Assembly (NCBI GenBank): GCA_036172245.1
Contig: JAYWIR010000130.1
Coordinates: forward strand, 1 to 64,000
DNA: 64,000 bases
Reading direction: 5' to 3'
From: Raillietiella orientalis
Taxonomy: Eukaryota
Part shown: piece by piece, positions 1-13,700 of the stretch
Position numbering within the stretch: the first letter of the stretch is position 1
Layout of the letters: each line of letters opens with the position of its first letter
Made by a program: the position numbers and the translations under genes
Notes under the pieces: model-generated
Told to the model about the DNA's origin: nothing
Seen by the model: the letters and a program-made list of their open reading frames with translations, nothing else
Databases searched by the model: none

Positions 1-1847
1 GTCAGTGCCACAAGTGACAGTGCCACCAAAGGACTTAAGCAACAGCAGGAGCAGCAGCGCCGAGGAGCATGAGGTGGAGGATACCCTGCCAACTTTGCCA
101 GCGGCAGTACCAGCCGCGACGATGCAGGCAGAAGGAACAGCGAAGAGACCGACGTCCTTTAAAAAGGTACAGTGCGGCAAAGGCGAGGAGGCGGCGATTG
201 CAAAGGTTGCGCCCGCGGTGGTGTTGACGCGCCAGCGGCGGCGATGCCGAGGTTCGTGCCCGCGGCGACGATGGAGGAGGTCGTGCCCGCGGCGGCGATG
301 ACGAGGATCGCGCCCGCGGCGGCAACGGTCGCTCCGGCGGCGGCGATGCCGGAGGCTACGGCCGCTGCGGCCACAACGGCGACTTCGACGGAGAGGGTCG
401 CGCCCGCGACGGCGACGTCCCAGGCGGAACTCGCGGGCCTCCACGCGGCACACAGGGTGCCAGACGCGACGCCATCTTGCTCGGGAGCTCCAACGCAACC
501 ACTGAGTTATGCTGCAGCAGCAGCGGCAGGTGCGAATACATTTTTACGCCCTGTAGGACAGTATGGTAAGCCGAGGGTACTAATCCTTCGGGATGTTCCG
601 GAACCTATGGCGCCGGAAAAGGAAAATGTACGCATAGTCACGTTTAAAACGGGTCTTATTCGCGTACATAATCTCCGCGACGTCTACTTTGCCCTTAACA
701 GGGCTAACGTAGACTTCGGTAGAGTACAGGCCATCATTCCGTGCGGAAGTGGCTTCAGCATCCAAACGGACGATGAAGAACTGGCAGATTCCCTTCTCGA
801 ACAGGGAATCAACATTAATGGAAGGGTGTTACGGGGGCTTGTGTGTGGAGATTTTTGCAGCAATTTGAAGAAATCAAGCAGGCAGCTTTCTACAACATTG
901 TGGAGGAAGTTTTCTCAGGAGTAGGCTTCGCAAAGATGAAGCTGAGAGAAGATGCTCAAATCCCAGCAGTGTACCATCTTGATAATCAGTCCCCGGAAGT
1001 GATGTTTTGGCACAAAATGCAACCGCCATTCTGTACCATATGCAAGGCGTTTGGGCACAGAATGACAACGTGCACAAAAGCGTGCTGCTATCGGTGCAGC
1101 AAGATCGGCCAGCTAGCAAGACAGTGTCTTCAGCCGGAGGCGTGCTCTTTCTGCAAATTGCCGGACCATGCCAAATGGAATTGCGGAAAGTTCGAGGAGT
1201 AGAGAGCGTTGCGTGGTCTATCTCCCGTGCGAGCGAAACCACAAAAACCAATCGAGGAGGCGAAAACAACTACTGCGGAGAAGGCCAGAACAACCACGAA
1301 AGTCCCTCTGATACCGGAGGATGGCTTCGTGAAAGTAAAGCAGAGGAAGAGGAGAAGGATGCACCAAAATGGGCATCAAATCTCTGAAAAACCAGTAAAA
1401 TCAGCAGAGGAAGGCGAGAAGGTGGTAGAAGATGAAGGGGACGTGGTGGTGGATAATCCCGCCCCGATAGCGCAGGAACATCTGCAAATAAATGAGGAAA
1501 TGGACAACCTGTCCAAGGAAGTCCAGAAAGCACGAGATCAAGTGGAACACGAACAACTGTTACGTCGTTTGTGTGATGTTCAACAAGATATCAATAAGAT
1601 CGTGGAAACAAAACAACGAGAGAACATGGAGAAACAACTCCTCGCTGTAAAGGGGAACTACTGTGCGATGGTGAGTTTGCAAGCACTCCCACGCAAGATT
1701 GTACAGAAGGAGCAACACACGACGGGAGAAGTGGAAACAACAGACCTCACTGGCACCGAGAGCGATGCTGGGAGCGAGAAACCGTCGGCTGCCGGGAGAA
1801 TGAAAAGATCTCCCCGGCAGATGAAAACGAGGAAAACCAAAAAATAA
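1..1847 (+). pseudogene. A ORF1, gag-like nucleic-acid-binding protein (frameshifts and a stop at 1200)
   Basis: ORFs 5-301, 172-924, 843-1202 and 1209-1847 join; knuckles CTICKAFGHRMTTC, CYRCSKIGQLARQC, CSFCKLPDHAKWNC; SYAAAA motif; helical charged C-terminus. Confidence 0.8.
205..420 (+). repeat. Degenerate ~27-bp coding repeat (VPAAxMxxx) in A ORF1
   Basis: Units gtgcccgcggcgacgatggaggaggtc, gtgcccgcggcggcgatgacgaggatc, gcgcccgcggcggca. Confidence 0.7.
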
Positions 1848-1873
1848 CCTACAAATAGGAAAACCTACCCTAC

Positions 1874-4800
1874 ATGACCTCGTCGCTGTCCTCGACCAGG
1901 AAGGTTAACATCGCTTCCTGGAACGTCAATGGACTTTCCGACTCAGGCAAACGAAAAAGAATACTGCGGACCATCGCAAGACAAGATGTGGTGTGCCTTC
2001 AAGAAACCCACCGTCTCGGGCACCAGAACGCCCTGGAGATGGAACGTCGGTTTAATGGGCAACTGTTCGTCAGCAAAGGAGAGAAGCAGACCATGGGGGT
2101 GGCGATCCTCATTAAGAACGAGCTCGCCCACACCATGTTGGAAACCTTCTGTCCGGTACCTGGCAGAATAATCGGCGTGCGACTGTCCTGGTCCAATAAC
2201 GTTCACCTCTTTCTGGTGAACGTATATGGACCGCACAAGCGGAAGCATCGGTGCGCGGAAAAACTACATGAAGAACTCCGCAAAAGAGTAGCACCGAAGG
2301 ACATAATCATCGTCGCAGGGGACTTGAACATCCTGTATGAGATCAAATACCCGCAGGACGCCAGAGGAAGAGAGGCCTATCGACGGTTGTCCGATGATTT
2401 CGGACTTGTATGGCGAACAGCTAGCATCAAACCGATCGACCACGTCCTCCACAGCGCGGAGATCGACAACTGCATACAGGGGTTTCGTGATGTGCAAACT
2501 TTGCTGTCCGATCACCCTCTGGTACTGTTCTCTCTCCGAACAGAAAATCCTCGGCAAAATAAGGCCACCAGGGCCGCGCTCATCTGCATGCCCGCCTGGT
2601 TTGAAAAGCTTTCCTGTCACCAGGAAGTCATCGAAGCGATTCTGAGTGACACCACCATTTGCAGAGTGGTTGACTGGGACAGATTCAAGCATAAGATCCA
2701 TTTATTCTGCAATATGCAGTATCTGAGTAAGCGATTGAGGCAAGAAGCGTACCGGGAGCTTAACATCCAAGACCGCTCCCTCTCAAAGTACTACGACCAG
2801 TACGAGAGTCGGTACGTCTTCCAAAATGTAAAAGGGGAAGTCGACGTGCTGGAGAAGAAGAATCTAGCGATAGATATCTACTGCATCCAATACAACGGAC
2901 AAAAAAGACATCTTTCGGAGGATATTCTCGATGCTTTTCATCGACATCACTAGAGCCATTTTAGGCAGCAACAACTGTGTACATCGTTACAGCAAAATCT
3001 TCTAGGACACCTTGAGAAGAGGATAGACGATCTCCAAAGAAACAGACTGCAGAAGGAGTTTTCCTAAGACGAGGTGAAAGCTGCATTCCACGAACTACGC
3101 AAGGATGTGGCGGCAGGCCCTGACAGTGTACCGGTTACACACTACCAGCGGTACCTGCACGCCTATCTACGCTTGTTCCAACAGCTCACCCTCTGCATCC
3201 ATGAAGAAGGCAAACTACCTGAGTCCTTCTACGAAAGTCGAATGAGATTGTTGTTGAAAGGAGGAGACCTAACACAGGTCTCTCAATGGAGGCCAATCTC
3301 CGTCCTAAACTCCGATGCCAAATGGTTGGCGAAGATCTGGAACAACCGTTTAGGCAGAGTCATGGCGGAGCTGATCTCTCCGGTCCAAACATTTGCGGTC
3401 CCAGGTCGCCACATGTCGGACAATGTCAAGTGCGCCCAGGCCATAGTGGGCTCAGCCGATATGTCGGTGAGAACCTGGTCCTGGTGTTCACTGACATGGA
3501 GAAGGCTTTCGACTTCATAGACCATAGGATGCTGCTGAAAATTCTGGACAAGCTGGGTCTTCCAGAATACTTAAGCAACTTCGTGAAGATGGTACTTCAG
3601 AAGCACTATTGCCGTATTAAAATCAACGGCCAGGAGACGACAGCAATTAGGATGGAACAAGGAGTCCAGCAGGTAGATTCGCTAAGTCCGATGCTGTTCG
3701 TCATCTACATGGAGGCACTATAGTCGTTAATCGAGAAGAGTGGACATCTAAAAGGAATAAAAATAGACAGTCAGCGACTTACCCATCTGGCGTATGCAGA
3801 TGATCTCCTCTTTTTTAGAAAGGGGGAAAGAAAGCCAGCGTTCCTGGATGTGGTGGAGACTATGGAAGAAGGACTGGTCCTGAAAATAAACGCCCAAAAG
3901 AGCCAGCTCTTGCCCGTTGGGATCCTGGATCTCTCCGCTCTAGAGAGGAGAGGATTCCGAACGGTGGACAAGGCCAAGTACCCAGGAGTCTACATTGGCG
4001 ACGACTCCGCGTCGAAACTATTGTGCACCGAGATCCTAGGGAAAACGGCCATTGAAGCAGCCAAGTTCACCCGAACGGACCTTGGGATGAAGCGAAAGGC
4101 CCACATATGGAACGGAGTACTCCTTCAAAAAGTGCTCTTCGGGGCGGCCTTCGCGAGGATGAACAAGGACACCACGAGTGAGTTCGAAAAGCTGCAACGC
4201 AAAACACTGTGGGGCCACTACCGCCGAAGAGTATGTCTCAAACTCCTGTGTCGTCCCAGAGAAGATGGCGGTTACGGGATGAAGTCGCTTGAACACTCCA
4301 TAATAATCATGGATACGCGACACTTCCTGGACATCTCCACTCACTATGATGACTGGCCGTATGCGGCGCACTGGGCCTACGCGTTGTTGTTAAGCAACTC
4401 GAAAGGCCTGATGACTGCGCTGCTAGGCCGAGCAAGCGAATGGAAAAAAATCGACCCAACTTGGACGAGGAAGCAACGGCTGCTGCGAAAGCACAAAATC
4501 AATATCGTGCTGAGAAGTAGTGAACTCTGGCAGGACGATTCCATCCTTGTGATCCATTGGATGCTTCCTGTCCCGCCGGACACCAGAAGCTGGATCCATT
4601 CGCGGTCCAGAGTTACCCTACAACGAATCCAGGAGTGGAAACGAGGAGGGTACCTACATCACACTCGTATACTTAGGTATATAGAGATGATGTTAGGAAG
4701 GTTTACTCACATGACACGCGAAGTGTGGTTCAACCACAACGACATTGCGTGGTCCAGGGTAACCAAAACATACCTCCGAAGACTAATTCAAGAAGAAGAC

Positions 4801-5388
4801 CGTAATATTAGTGCCCTCCAGGAAGCCGCCGATCGCTACGAGAGTGACCGGATCAACCTGTTAGCGATTGGCACGACGCTCTGGAGGAGTGACCTTCCGC
4901 CGGGCACCCAGGATGACCTCCTGATGTTTTATCATGGAGGAATCCAGAGTGGGTTCCGACTGCAGCACTACACCGGAAGAAGAGAAGATCGAGACTGCAC
5001 AGCATGTGGAGACATCGACACGAGACTTCACGTCTTGACGTGTCCCACATTGCTTTATGACAGGCTGATCCTGAAAAGGATCATCGGACTCACCACCAGG
5101 TCCGTAATGGAGATCCTCGCCGGGATGTTTCAGGAGGATGGTAATGTTCCCTGTTACAATTCCATGGTGAGGACGACCATCGCCCTCTTCATCACCGCCA
5201 TACTCGTGCGGTGGTGGAGTATGAAGAAAGCCAGGAGAGCCGCACCACCGATGGAGATCCTACAAGGATTCCTGAAGAGGGAAATCGGCATTAGGAATTG
5301 CGGAAAAATCCAAGTCTTGACGTACCGATTCATCCTCAAGAGGATAGAAGACGACGCTCGGTACCAAACATCTGGAAACCCACAATGA
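1874..5388 (+). pseudogene. A ORF2, APE endonuclease-reverse transcriptase (stops near 2953, 3066, 3723; frameshift near 3460)
   Basis: SWNVNG, LQET, GDLN, IDH, SDH; WRPISVLNSDAK, DMEKAFD, QGVQQVDSLSP, YADD (gcgtatgcagatgat, ~3790), CTACGDIDTRLHVLTC. Confidence 0.92.
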
Positions 5389-5524
5389 GTGCAGAACTTG
5401 TGAGAACCCAAGGACTTCATAGTGGTAAAAAAAAAAAAAGTGCTAATAATATGGATGAGATTGTAGTGTGAATGTATTTATAGAAAAATTTTGGAAAAAT
5501 AAATTTACCCCACCCCTTGTGGGA

Positions 5525-6873
5525 CTTGGAGAAAACTGTCTTGTTGCGGAGGATGCAGCTTGTTGCTGCGTGTTTTGAGGCAACGGAACGCTGCTTTCGT
5601 TGGCTTTTTTGGACGGACCTGCAGATGCCTTCGTGAGGTTTCCGACTGAAGCCTCCGAAATGGAGAGAGCGCTCAAGGAGGCGATTACCACGCAATTTTC
5701 TTTCACGTGTCCTCCTTTCGCCTTGTCGCAAGGAGCGACCGGTTTTACTGATCCCATTTTGCGAGTAGCGTTTCCGCGATCAGCTACTGGGACAGAAACG
5801 GTACGCGCGGAGCCCTCTCGCCCTTTTTTGAATGGCTTCCCTGCCGCGCGATTGTTCTTTTGGGGCTTCGATGCTAAGGGAGTGAACTTTGAGATCGCGC
5901 TCCTGCCTTCTTTATCTTCGGCCTTTCGCGAGCCTCCCTGTTTTTTTTTTTTTGAGGATGCTGTTTTCTCCTTTGCGCACTCTTTGGCACGCCGGATTCT
6001 AGCAGCCTCCTTTTTTTTCTTTATGTCCAGGCACTTTCTAATTTCGTGCCCGGACTGCTACAGAAGCGGCACTTTGGGGAAGGGCATTCTTTACCCCGAT
6101 GCCCTTCTTTGCCGCATTGCTCGCACGTTCGAGTTTTCCCAACGAACCAAAGGTGAACGACCGTGCCGTTGACCTGTAGCGTGTCAGGAAGCGTGCGGCG
6201 GTTAGGAACGGTTACCCTAAACGCAGCAAATCCTGTGTGTACGCAAGGTATTTTCCTGTAGGAACTCTCCTTCCTCCAATCCGCATGAACAGTTGCGAAT
6301 TTCGCCACCGCGTCCATCAACTCTTTGTCATTGATCTCCAGTTCTACGTCTGAGAGAACAACGACAAAAGACTCGTCCATCGCGGAAGGAAAAACTTGCT
6401 TTCCCCAGATGGACAAAGGAGTGCGGAGGAGCCTCTGCACTAGTGCAGCCTGCTTGCATCGGACCTTCACATAGCCCATTGGTGGAACAGGCATGAGTGC
6501 TATGAGGTCCTCTTCTCGCACTCCCACACGGTAGAGTTCGTCCGCGAACTCCTCCACAGCCTTACCTACCTTACTTACGTTATAGCGGAGAGCAGGCTTG
6601 TAGCCCTGGGCTACATAGGCTTGCATCTCAACCTGGTCGGAAAGAAATCCTTGCACGGCAGCAGAAGCAGTCACGTCCGCAAAGGTCCTGGCCAGTGGCA
6701 CGGGGCTCAACCACGATGTCGCCATCACTTTAGCTGCGAGAAGTTCCTGAACCACAGGCTCGAGGTCTTCCGCGTTGCGTTGTTCACTGCTCATCCTTAG
6801 GGATGTGCAGTAGAATGCACAAACACAACCAAAACGCAGAACCACGGAGCGACACGAAATCACGTCCGACTCG
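5525..6873 (-). mobile_element. Element B: 5' UTR and ORF1 part (ATG ~6794), same family as L; cut by the 3' end of A
   Basis: ORF 6021-6863 QAYVAQGYKPALRY, CEQCGKEGHRGKEC; 5' motif GGACGTG at 6861-6867 (minus). Confidence 0.85.
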
Positions 6874-7935
6874 TATGAGGGCGAACGCTGAAATCGCGTG
6901 CAACCAGATGGGCATTCCGCACGCCTGCTTCAGTCAGCCAGTCGCGCCGGAGGGCAAGGAGAAACTCTATCCTTGCCCTCCTGTTCATCAGGTCCGCGCC
7001 GCTGGGTGCGTACACCTTCGCGACGATCAGATCGATCGAGTCGGGCCACCTGAGAGTCAGCTGGCCGACACGAACGTGAACGTCGAACCGCACGCCCCGA
7101 GCAGCGACCTCGACGGCTGGCCGAAGCAGGTAGGCGACACCTCAACTTTTCGGTCTCCCACATCTGTACCATAGCCGCCCTCAAGAGATCCGTTCGATCT
7201 CTTGCGCTTGTTCTGCGGGAATCACGTGGATCTCCTGCAGCAGCGCAAGGTCGTAGTACTCCAGAAGGGCGGCCATGATTCGTCTCCTGCCAGCGTCTGT
7301 CATGCCGTTCACTTTCCAAACGGCGATGCGCAGACGATGGCGGAAGGAGATTCCCGGCATTACTGCTGGGAAGATTAAGGTGTGGGGGAGCCCGCCTCTT
7401 GCGAAGCGGAAATGATGTCCATGGTGGTTTCGGCCTTCTCAGGCACCTGAGGCACGTGATCGGCCTCCACCCCCTCGATCCCCTCCGTGTCCGCGCGTGG
7501 GAGTCTCTCGGGCGACGGATCACGCTAGTTTCCCACGCTCATGGCACCCACGCTTGCGGAAGCCATCTCTTCCCCCTCGACGGGGGAGACGAGCTTGCTC
7601 GGCTTTGTGGACTTCCGTCCAGCCTTCTAACGCGGTGCCGTGGAAACGGAGGCTGCGCTTCCGGTCTCCAGCTCGGAATCGCAAGTAAGCGATTACTGAG
7701 GGGAAACCGGACCCCTTACGGCCTTCTTGCCAGCCTTGGAGGCGACCGGCTGCAACGAGGCACTCAGCTCCTCCGCGGCTCGCGCGAAGGCTACGTCATC
7801 GATAATGGTGTCGCTGACGGACGCCGCCGCCGGCTCGCTCCCCTCGCTGTTGACAGAGTCAACAGAAGGGTTGTCGTCGGTAGCGGCGAGTTCTTTTTCG
7901 CAGCGGTAGGGAATACGCTCCAGGACAATGCTGCA
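6874..7935 (-). mobile_element. Element C: ORF1 C-terminus plus APE N-terminus fragment (E-like family)
   Basis: ORF1 motifs CSIVLER and DDVAFARAAEEL; TAATG junction at 7358-7362; APE VWKVNG, LQEIH, VYAP, AHLVARDFS. Confidence 0.85.
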
Positions 7936-10764
7936 CGGACGTGTTCTGTGTTGCTCCTCGAGCGTGATTCCTTTTCGTCTTTCTGCGTGTGGTGTGCCCG
8001 AGTGCGTCCACTGGGATGTCCACGGAGCCCCTGCAGCAAAAGTTGGATGTGAAGGCTGCTACGGGCATTAGAGACTGTACTCCAGATGTTTGTTCCGCTT
8101 CTGATTCTTGTGTCTCGCCATCGGCGAGAAGCTTCGCGTCCGTCGTCAAGGCGGCGGCAGTCAACGGAGCACCGCCCGACGGAGCGGAGCTGTAGGCATA
8201 TGCAGCCCATGGCTACAAGTTTGCGTTCTGCTATCCGGTGAGTGCTGAGATCTCCCACGAAGTCGGAGAAAATTCATGGGAGGAGCTTTTGCGCGTCGGG
8301 GTCCGACAGGAAGACCTCCTGGCCGTCATGCCGGTTAACGCGCTCGGACACGGGGAGGTGCACTGCAAAGAGGCATCCCTAGTCCAGCGCCTTCTCCGCA
8401 CCACGCTAAAAATCCGCGGGAAGGAGGTCGTCCCGTCGGCCATTGACCAGTCGTTCGTGGTCCGATTGTCCGCCGTCCAGGTGGACACGCCCGATCGCGT
8501 GCTAGTCGCTGCACTTAGTGCATTCGCCACGGTGCACGAGCTAGGGAGAGCAGACAATCCGAACAAAAGGATTGCATCTCTCCACAGCGGACTTGACATG
8601 GCGCGTGTCACCATGGCGGATAAAAGGCAGATGCATCCGCACTTCCAGGTGGGCGATGCGATCGTCCACCTTAAATTTGCCGTTCAGCGACCGGCTTGCG
8701 GCATTTGCGGTGCAGAGGGCCACCGTCCGTGGACGTGCCCTTCACGCAAATTCCGCTATTGTAAACAGCGCGGCCACTCCATCAAAGAGTGCGCCGAGCT
8801 GAAGAGAAAGCGGCAGGCGAAAAGCTGCCAACAATCTACCCGGTCCGCGCAGAAAAGATCCCCCGTTGTGCGACGGGTGGAATCGGGCGCGAAGGGCGGG
8901 GCATCTTCGAGTGGCGGTCCCGCGAAAAAGGGCGCCGTTTCTTCAAGGAAGCCACCATCACAGACAGCCGCGCAGACACGAAAGTTGCCACGTCTCCCTA
9001 GTGGGAAATCGCGCAATTCTAAGCAGCCTAAGAGTGCGGGCATGCACTCAGTCAAGGCTGCTGTACCGTCCGCGTCCGCTTGCGCGTCCAGCGGAGCACA
9101 CGGGAAACCGTGCGCAATTACCCTCGCAGCTGCCTCTCCACGGCAATCTTTTTCTACGGCGGTGGAGATCACGTCTTCCACGCGGAAGGCACGAGCAGCG
9201 AAGGCAGCAATAGCGCCTCGCGGGACGACGGCATTGACCGCCGTTTCGCCCGCATCGGTTAAGGAGCAGGTGAGGTGCGTAAGGGAGACGGAGCCGTCTC
9301 CCGCCGCAAGCGCGAAACGTGAGCCGGCATCTCCCGCCAAACAATTGAGGGAGGCGTCGGCCTCGCAGGAGGGCATCCCCGACGTGGGCTGGACTCGCGT
9401 CTCCAGGACGCTCACAAAGGGGTAGAAGGTTGACCCTTCAATATTCCCCATCATAAATGTGGGTGGGAGGCAAAAGAGAAGCACGCCGAAGAAGGTGCGT
9501 ACCCAGGTATACACTACGGCTGCGTGCTCTGTCTCTGTCGCTTCGCGCGAGGGGGCGGCTGCGGAAGCCAAAGCTCCGGAGGCTGCGTTGGCGACTTCGA
9601 CGACCCCCGCGCGGGCAGGGCAAGCCTCCACCTACCGAAACAAAAAGAGACTTGCAAAACACCAGTCTCGCGCCAGGCACTCGGAATTCGAGGTGGAGTC
9701 CGAGTGCAAACAAATGGAGCGCGCATCCCGGGGTAAGCCGGTAGCGCGCCGGGCTGAAGTGCGAAAGCACGAGTCTGTTGCCGGTGGCGGTTCCGGCTCC
9801 TGCACGGAAACCGAGGCGATGATCTTCCGCTCCCAGGAGTCAGCTGTGCGCGATGTGATGGCGAACGGGAGCCATTCCGCTTCCCAATCCGCAACCTTAC
9901 TAGCTGACTTCTCGCCGGACGGGGCGAGGAGCTGGCCGTCATGTCCGCAGCAGTACTGCGTGGACTCGCGTCCGCATGCCACTCCAGCTTGGCCTGTTGG
10001 AATGTCAACGGGCTGCGTGATGCTTACAAAAGGCGGAAGGTAGCCAACGCTTTGCACGCGTTCTATCTGGTGCTGCTGCAGGAGATACATAGCATTTCCG
10101 AACGGTAGGCATCGGATCTGTAAGAGCGCGCTGGCGGGACGCTACACTGGAGGCATGGTTCCGCGCACACATGCGGAATCGCGTTCTTCGTCCGAGGGAG
10201 GGTAGCGTAGGCGGTGCGGAACGTTTGTTTTGATGAGGAAGGTCGTGTGGGCCAACTTGTCTTGAAGTGGTCCGTATCGATCGTCCTGGTCGTTAGGAAC
10301 ATCTACGCGCTGAGCGGCGGATGGCATTAGACCCAGCGACTGGCACTGCTGGCTGGCCTGCGCAGCTGCTGGCTCGCTGACTGCAAGCCTGACGTGGCGC
10401 ACTTCCTTGCAGGAGACTTCAATGTCCACCTGCTAACAGAGGAGAGATGCCGCTTGAGGGAGAAGCAACTGGTGAGCGAGGTATGCGCGTCCGTGCGCGT
10501 GCAAAAATTGCTTGCTGGTGAGCCCGGGATGGAGAGATCGCCGGACCATGCGTTCCTCGATAAACACCTGCTCTCACGAGTAGGTCGGAGAAGGCGCCTG
10601 CTGTCCGCGATTTCGGATCATCCGAGACTGGAGTTCCAGCTCCTCCGGCCTGGCAAAGGGCCTCCGATGAATGCTCGGAGGTTGCCGGCCGACTGCCTTA
10701 GCAATTCGGAGGCAACGGAGCATCTTCCCCAATACCTCCGGGGCTTCGCCATCCGTGAACTCGA
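7936..10764 (+). mobile_element. Element D, 5' part: ORF1 (~8016-9956) and APE (~9956-10764); G/I-like family
   Basis: GGACGTG 7937-7943; CGICGAEGHRPWTC, YCKQRGHSIKEC; ACWNVNG, GDFN, PDH, SDH; ends at GFAIREL. Confidence 0.88.
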
Positions 10765-13700
10765 TTTTCACCCGGTTGCGCCAAGACGTTTATTCTTTGG
10801 AATAAAACAAACTTTGGTGGCTGACCAGGTGGTCCGGACACATACTGATATACAAAATTAAGCCTGCTGGGTCACCGGTTCGTATTCCGGCACGGTCGAC
10901 CACGACAGCAGATGGGCCAAGGACAGAACAAAAAATAAAACATAAAAAAAAATATATATAAAATCAGGATCTGGGGGGCACCGGAAGGGATCGCAGTCTG
11001 CTGTGGGGCCGTTACATCCTTTGAAGGATGCCGGCAAGCTGTTTTTAAATTTCTGAATCCAGATGGGTCCATCCTGTCACCGTCCGCATAAATTTGGCTG
11101 CCAACTGGACGGCACCCTTATCGCGAGATCCTCCCGTTGCTTTGCTCAATGCAGCGACGATCCCGCGAAAGCAGCACAGAGCTACTAACGAGGCCGAGGG
11201 CCGAAGAGGGTCGCAAACGAAGATGGATCTGATTGCGTCTCTGGAGTTGCCACAGGGGTGACCGATTGCCGCAACAAAACGGTTTTAAAGGGTCCGAAGA
11301 GCCACACAATCCAAAAGAAGGTAAGTGAAAGACTCTTGTTCTCTATACCTCGCACAATTAGGGCTCACCGCTCCCCAGGTCCAATGGTGTCCGCAAGCGT
11401 TGCAGGGGAGTCCCCAATGCAGCAACAATAGCGCCCACTCCTGCCATTTTAAGGGGAGGGTGGAGGTGTTCATCAGCACAGGGGGCCACTTTAATTGTTC
11501 ACGCGGAACATTTAGCACCTCGATCCAGCGCAAAAGTCTAATAGAAGTAGTAGTCCGGGCCCGGATATCGCAGAGAATTCCCGTTTTCCATTCCCCGATC
11601 TTTTTCTCCGTACCGGAGATTTTGACATAAACATCCCATTTCGCAGCAGTGTTGCCGTTTAAATGTTTCGCGAGCGGAAACAGCATTGCAGCGAGGGGAG
11701 TTTTTCTTTCCCACGCTCGTTTTTAAGGGTTCACCTGCGTTGCTGGTTGCTCCTTGCCCACGTCTGAACCGTTTCCTGCAGCCATGCAGGTCCGTTAACG
11801 GGGCGATAGCACAGCCATCCTGCGTTCTTCCTCATCAGGTAAGCCACTCTCCGTAGCTGCAACCCGCAGTGACCGACTTGGCGGCGCCGACGGAGCGCAA
11901 GGAAGGATGTCAGTCCCACCTTGCCTGTAGCCTGCTCGACGAGGAGACGTGCGGGCTCGCACCAACTGCTATTCAAATATTTCGCCACTAGGGCGAGTAA
12001 CCGAAATTGGAGCTGGAGCTCCAGCCGCTCTAGCGTCAGGAGGCCGAGACCGCCATCCCGACGCTGACCGCTCAAGTCCTCAAGCCGGACTCGGGCACTC
12101 CCATTACCCCACAGGGCAATCCTTAGGAGGTCCTTCGTCCGCTTTTTAGTCTCTGTGGTGGGGGAACAATCAAAAAGCAGGGAACGGAGAAGGGGCGTTG
12201 CGAATGCGTTCCACACCACGGCCCGTTCCGGCAGCAAAAACCTGCGGCCTTGGAACGGGCCGATCGCCGTCTCTACCTTCTGATGGCAGCTGGACCATGC
12301 ATCCGAAGGGAGATAATCACCTACCGGTACACCAAGGTACTTGAAGATCCGTACCGTGAGGATCCCCAAACGGACCTAGTCCGGCTGCCCTGCCCACGCC
12401 GCACCGATTGGCATGACGCACGACTTCGCCCTGTTCACCTCAAGCCCGGTTCCCCGAATTAGCAGGTCGAAAAACTCCTCGACCGCTCATGCCGGGGTGG
12501 ACATAGGGAGCAGCAGGAGTAGGTCGTTCGCATATGCTGACACCGCGGACGTACAAGGATAGTCGCGCGGCAGGTGCGCTAGAGTTTGCTTGTACGCTCT
12601 CAGCACGAACTCGAAATAGGCACTGAAGAGCAAGGGACTCAGGCTGTCTCCCTGCCGTATGCCGCGTCGCACCGGTACGCCGTGCACGGTGTGTCCACTG
12701 AAAAAGATCTGGATCAGCGCGTCGCGCCAGCAGGATCGCAGGTAGGTCAGCAAAGAGACCGGGAAGCCCAAGCGATCGAGGAGCTCCAGGAGGAGCCTCT
12801 GGTCGACACAGTCGAATGCTTTATGCAAATCGACTGCGACTGCGGGGGCTCCCTCCCCCCCCATAACCATCCCGTTTCCTAGCGGCGGACATTCCGGAAG
12901 TCCGGTAGCCCATCGTGACCCTTTCCTGTCGGAGCGCGAAAAAGGTGCTGGCGATGAACAGTTTTGCATCCATGCTCCGCCTGGGAACAGCATATGTCTG
13001 CTCCGGGCAAATAAAGCTTTCCGCTAACCGCCGCAGGCTTTCAGCCCACAACTTCGCCAGCAGCTTGGCTTCCACGTTCATCACGGTAATCAACCCCCAG
13101 TTGCTCATGCTCCGAAGGTCTCCTCCCTTAGGGAAGAGACGCACCTTTGCCGAACGAAACGAGGCGGTGACGTCGCCCGTTTCGCGGATCAGCAAGGTGA
13201 GTTTCTTCACCAGAGGAATGAGCTCTGCCGCAAAACATCGAAAAAATTCCACTGGCAGGCCGTCCTTTCTTGGAGCCTTCCGCCTCTTAAACTTTCCGAT
13301 GGCCGAGATGATCTCGCCCATCGTGAAAGGCTCGACGAGGGTCTTTCTATCTTCCTTCCCGAACGCCGAAGCGCCTTTCGGAATTAGAAGTCGCAAGTCA
13401 TCCCGTTCCGGAGGAGCGCACGATTACAAGAAAGAGTACAATTTTTTTAATAAGCCTTTAACCTGGGCGGGGGCCGAGTGCTCCGAACCCTGGTCGTCCA
13501 GTAAGCTGGCCGACCCGGATTGCCACGCCTGCCACTCGACTCTTGCACATTATTTGGATAGCCTGCGTACGTCTGGTGTTTGCGCGTAACATCGAGATTG
13601 TAAATACCATCTCTCGTTACGCACGCTTTCACCAAACCCGGCAGGCAGGATGTGCATACGGAACTCGTCACAAAAATCCCGGACCGAGCGCTTGAAGCGG

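Larger units (their letters stand above)
1..5524 (+). mobile_element. Element A: L1/Tx1-clade non-LTR retrotransposon, divergent family, 5' end outside window
   Basis: ORF1 with three zinc knuckles, then ORF2 with APE and RT motifs; 3' UTR ends AATAAA (5498-5503) plus hairpin CCCAC-CCCTT-GTGGG (5509-5523), then sequence switches to minus-strand ORF1 of B. Confidence 0.9.

Noticed and set aside
205..420. Short repeats as a CRISPR-like array
   Set aside because: In-frame degenerate coding repeats with no unique spacers and no cas genes
5427..5439. A13 run as the poly(A) tail of element A
   Set aside because: AT-rich UTR continues to an AATAAA plus hairpin at 5498-5523, matching the other 3' ends; B sequence starts only at ~5525
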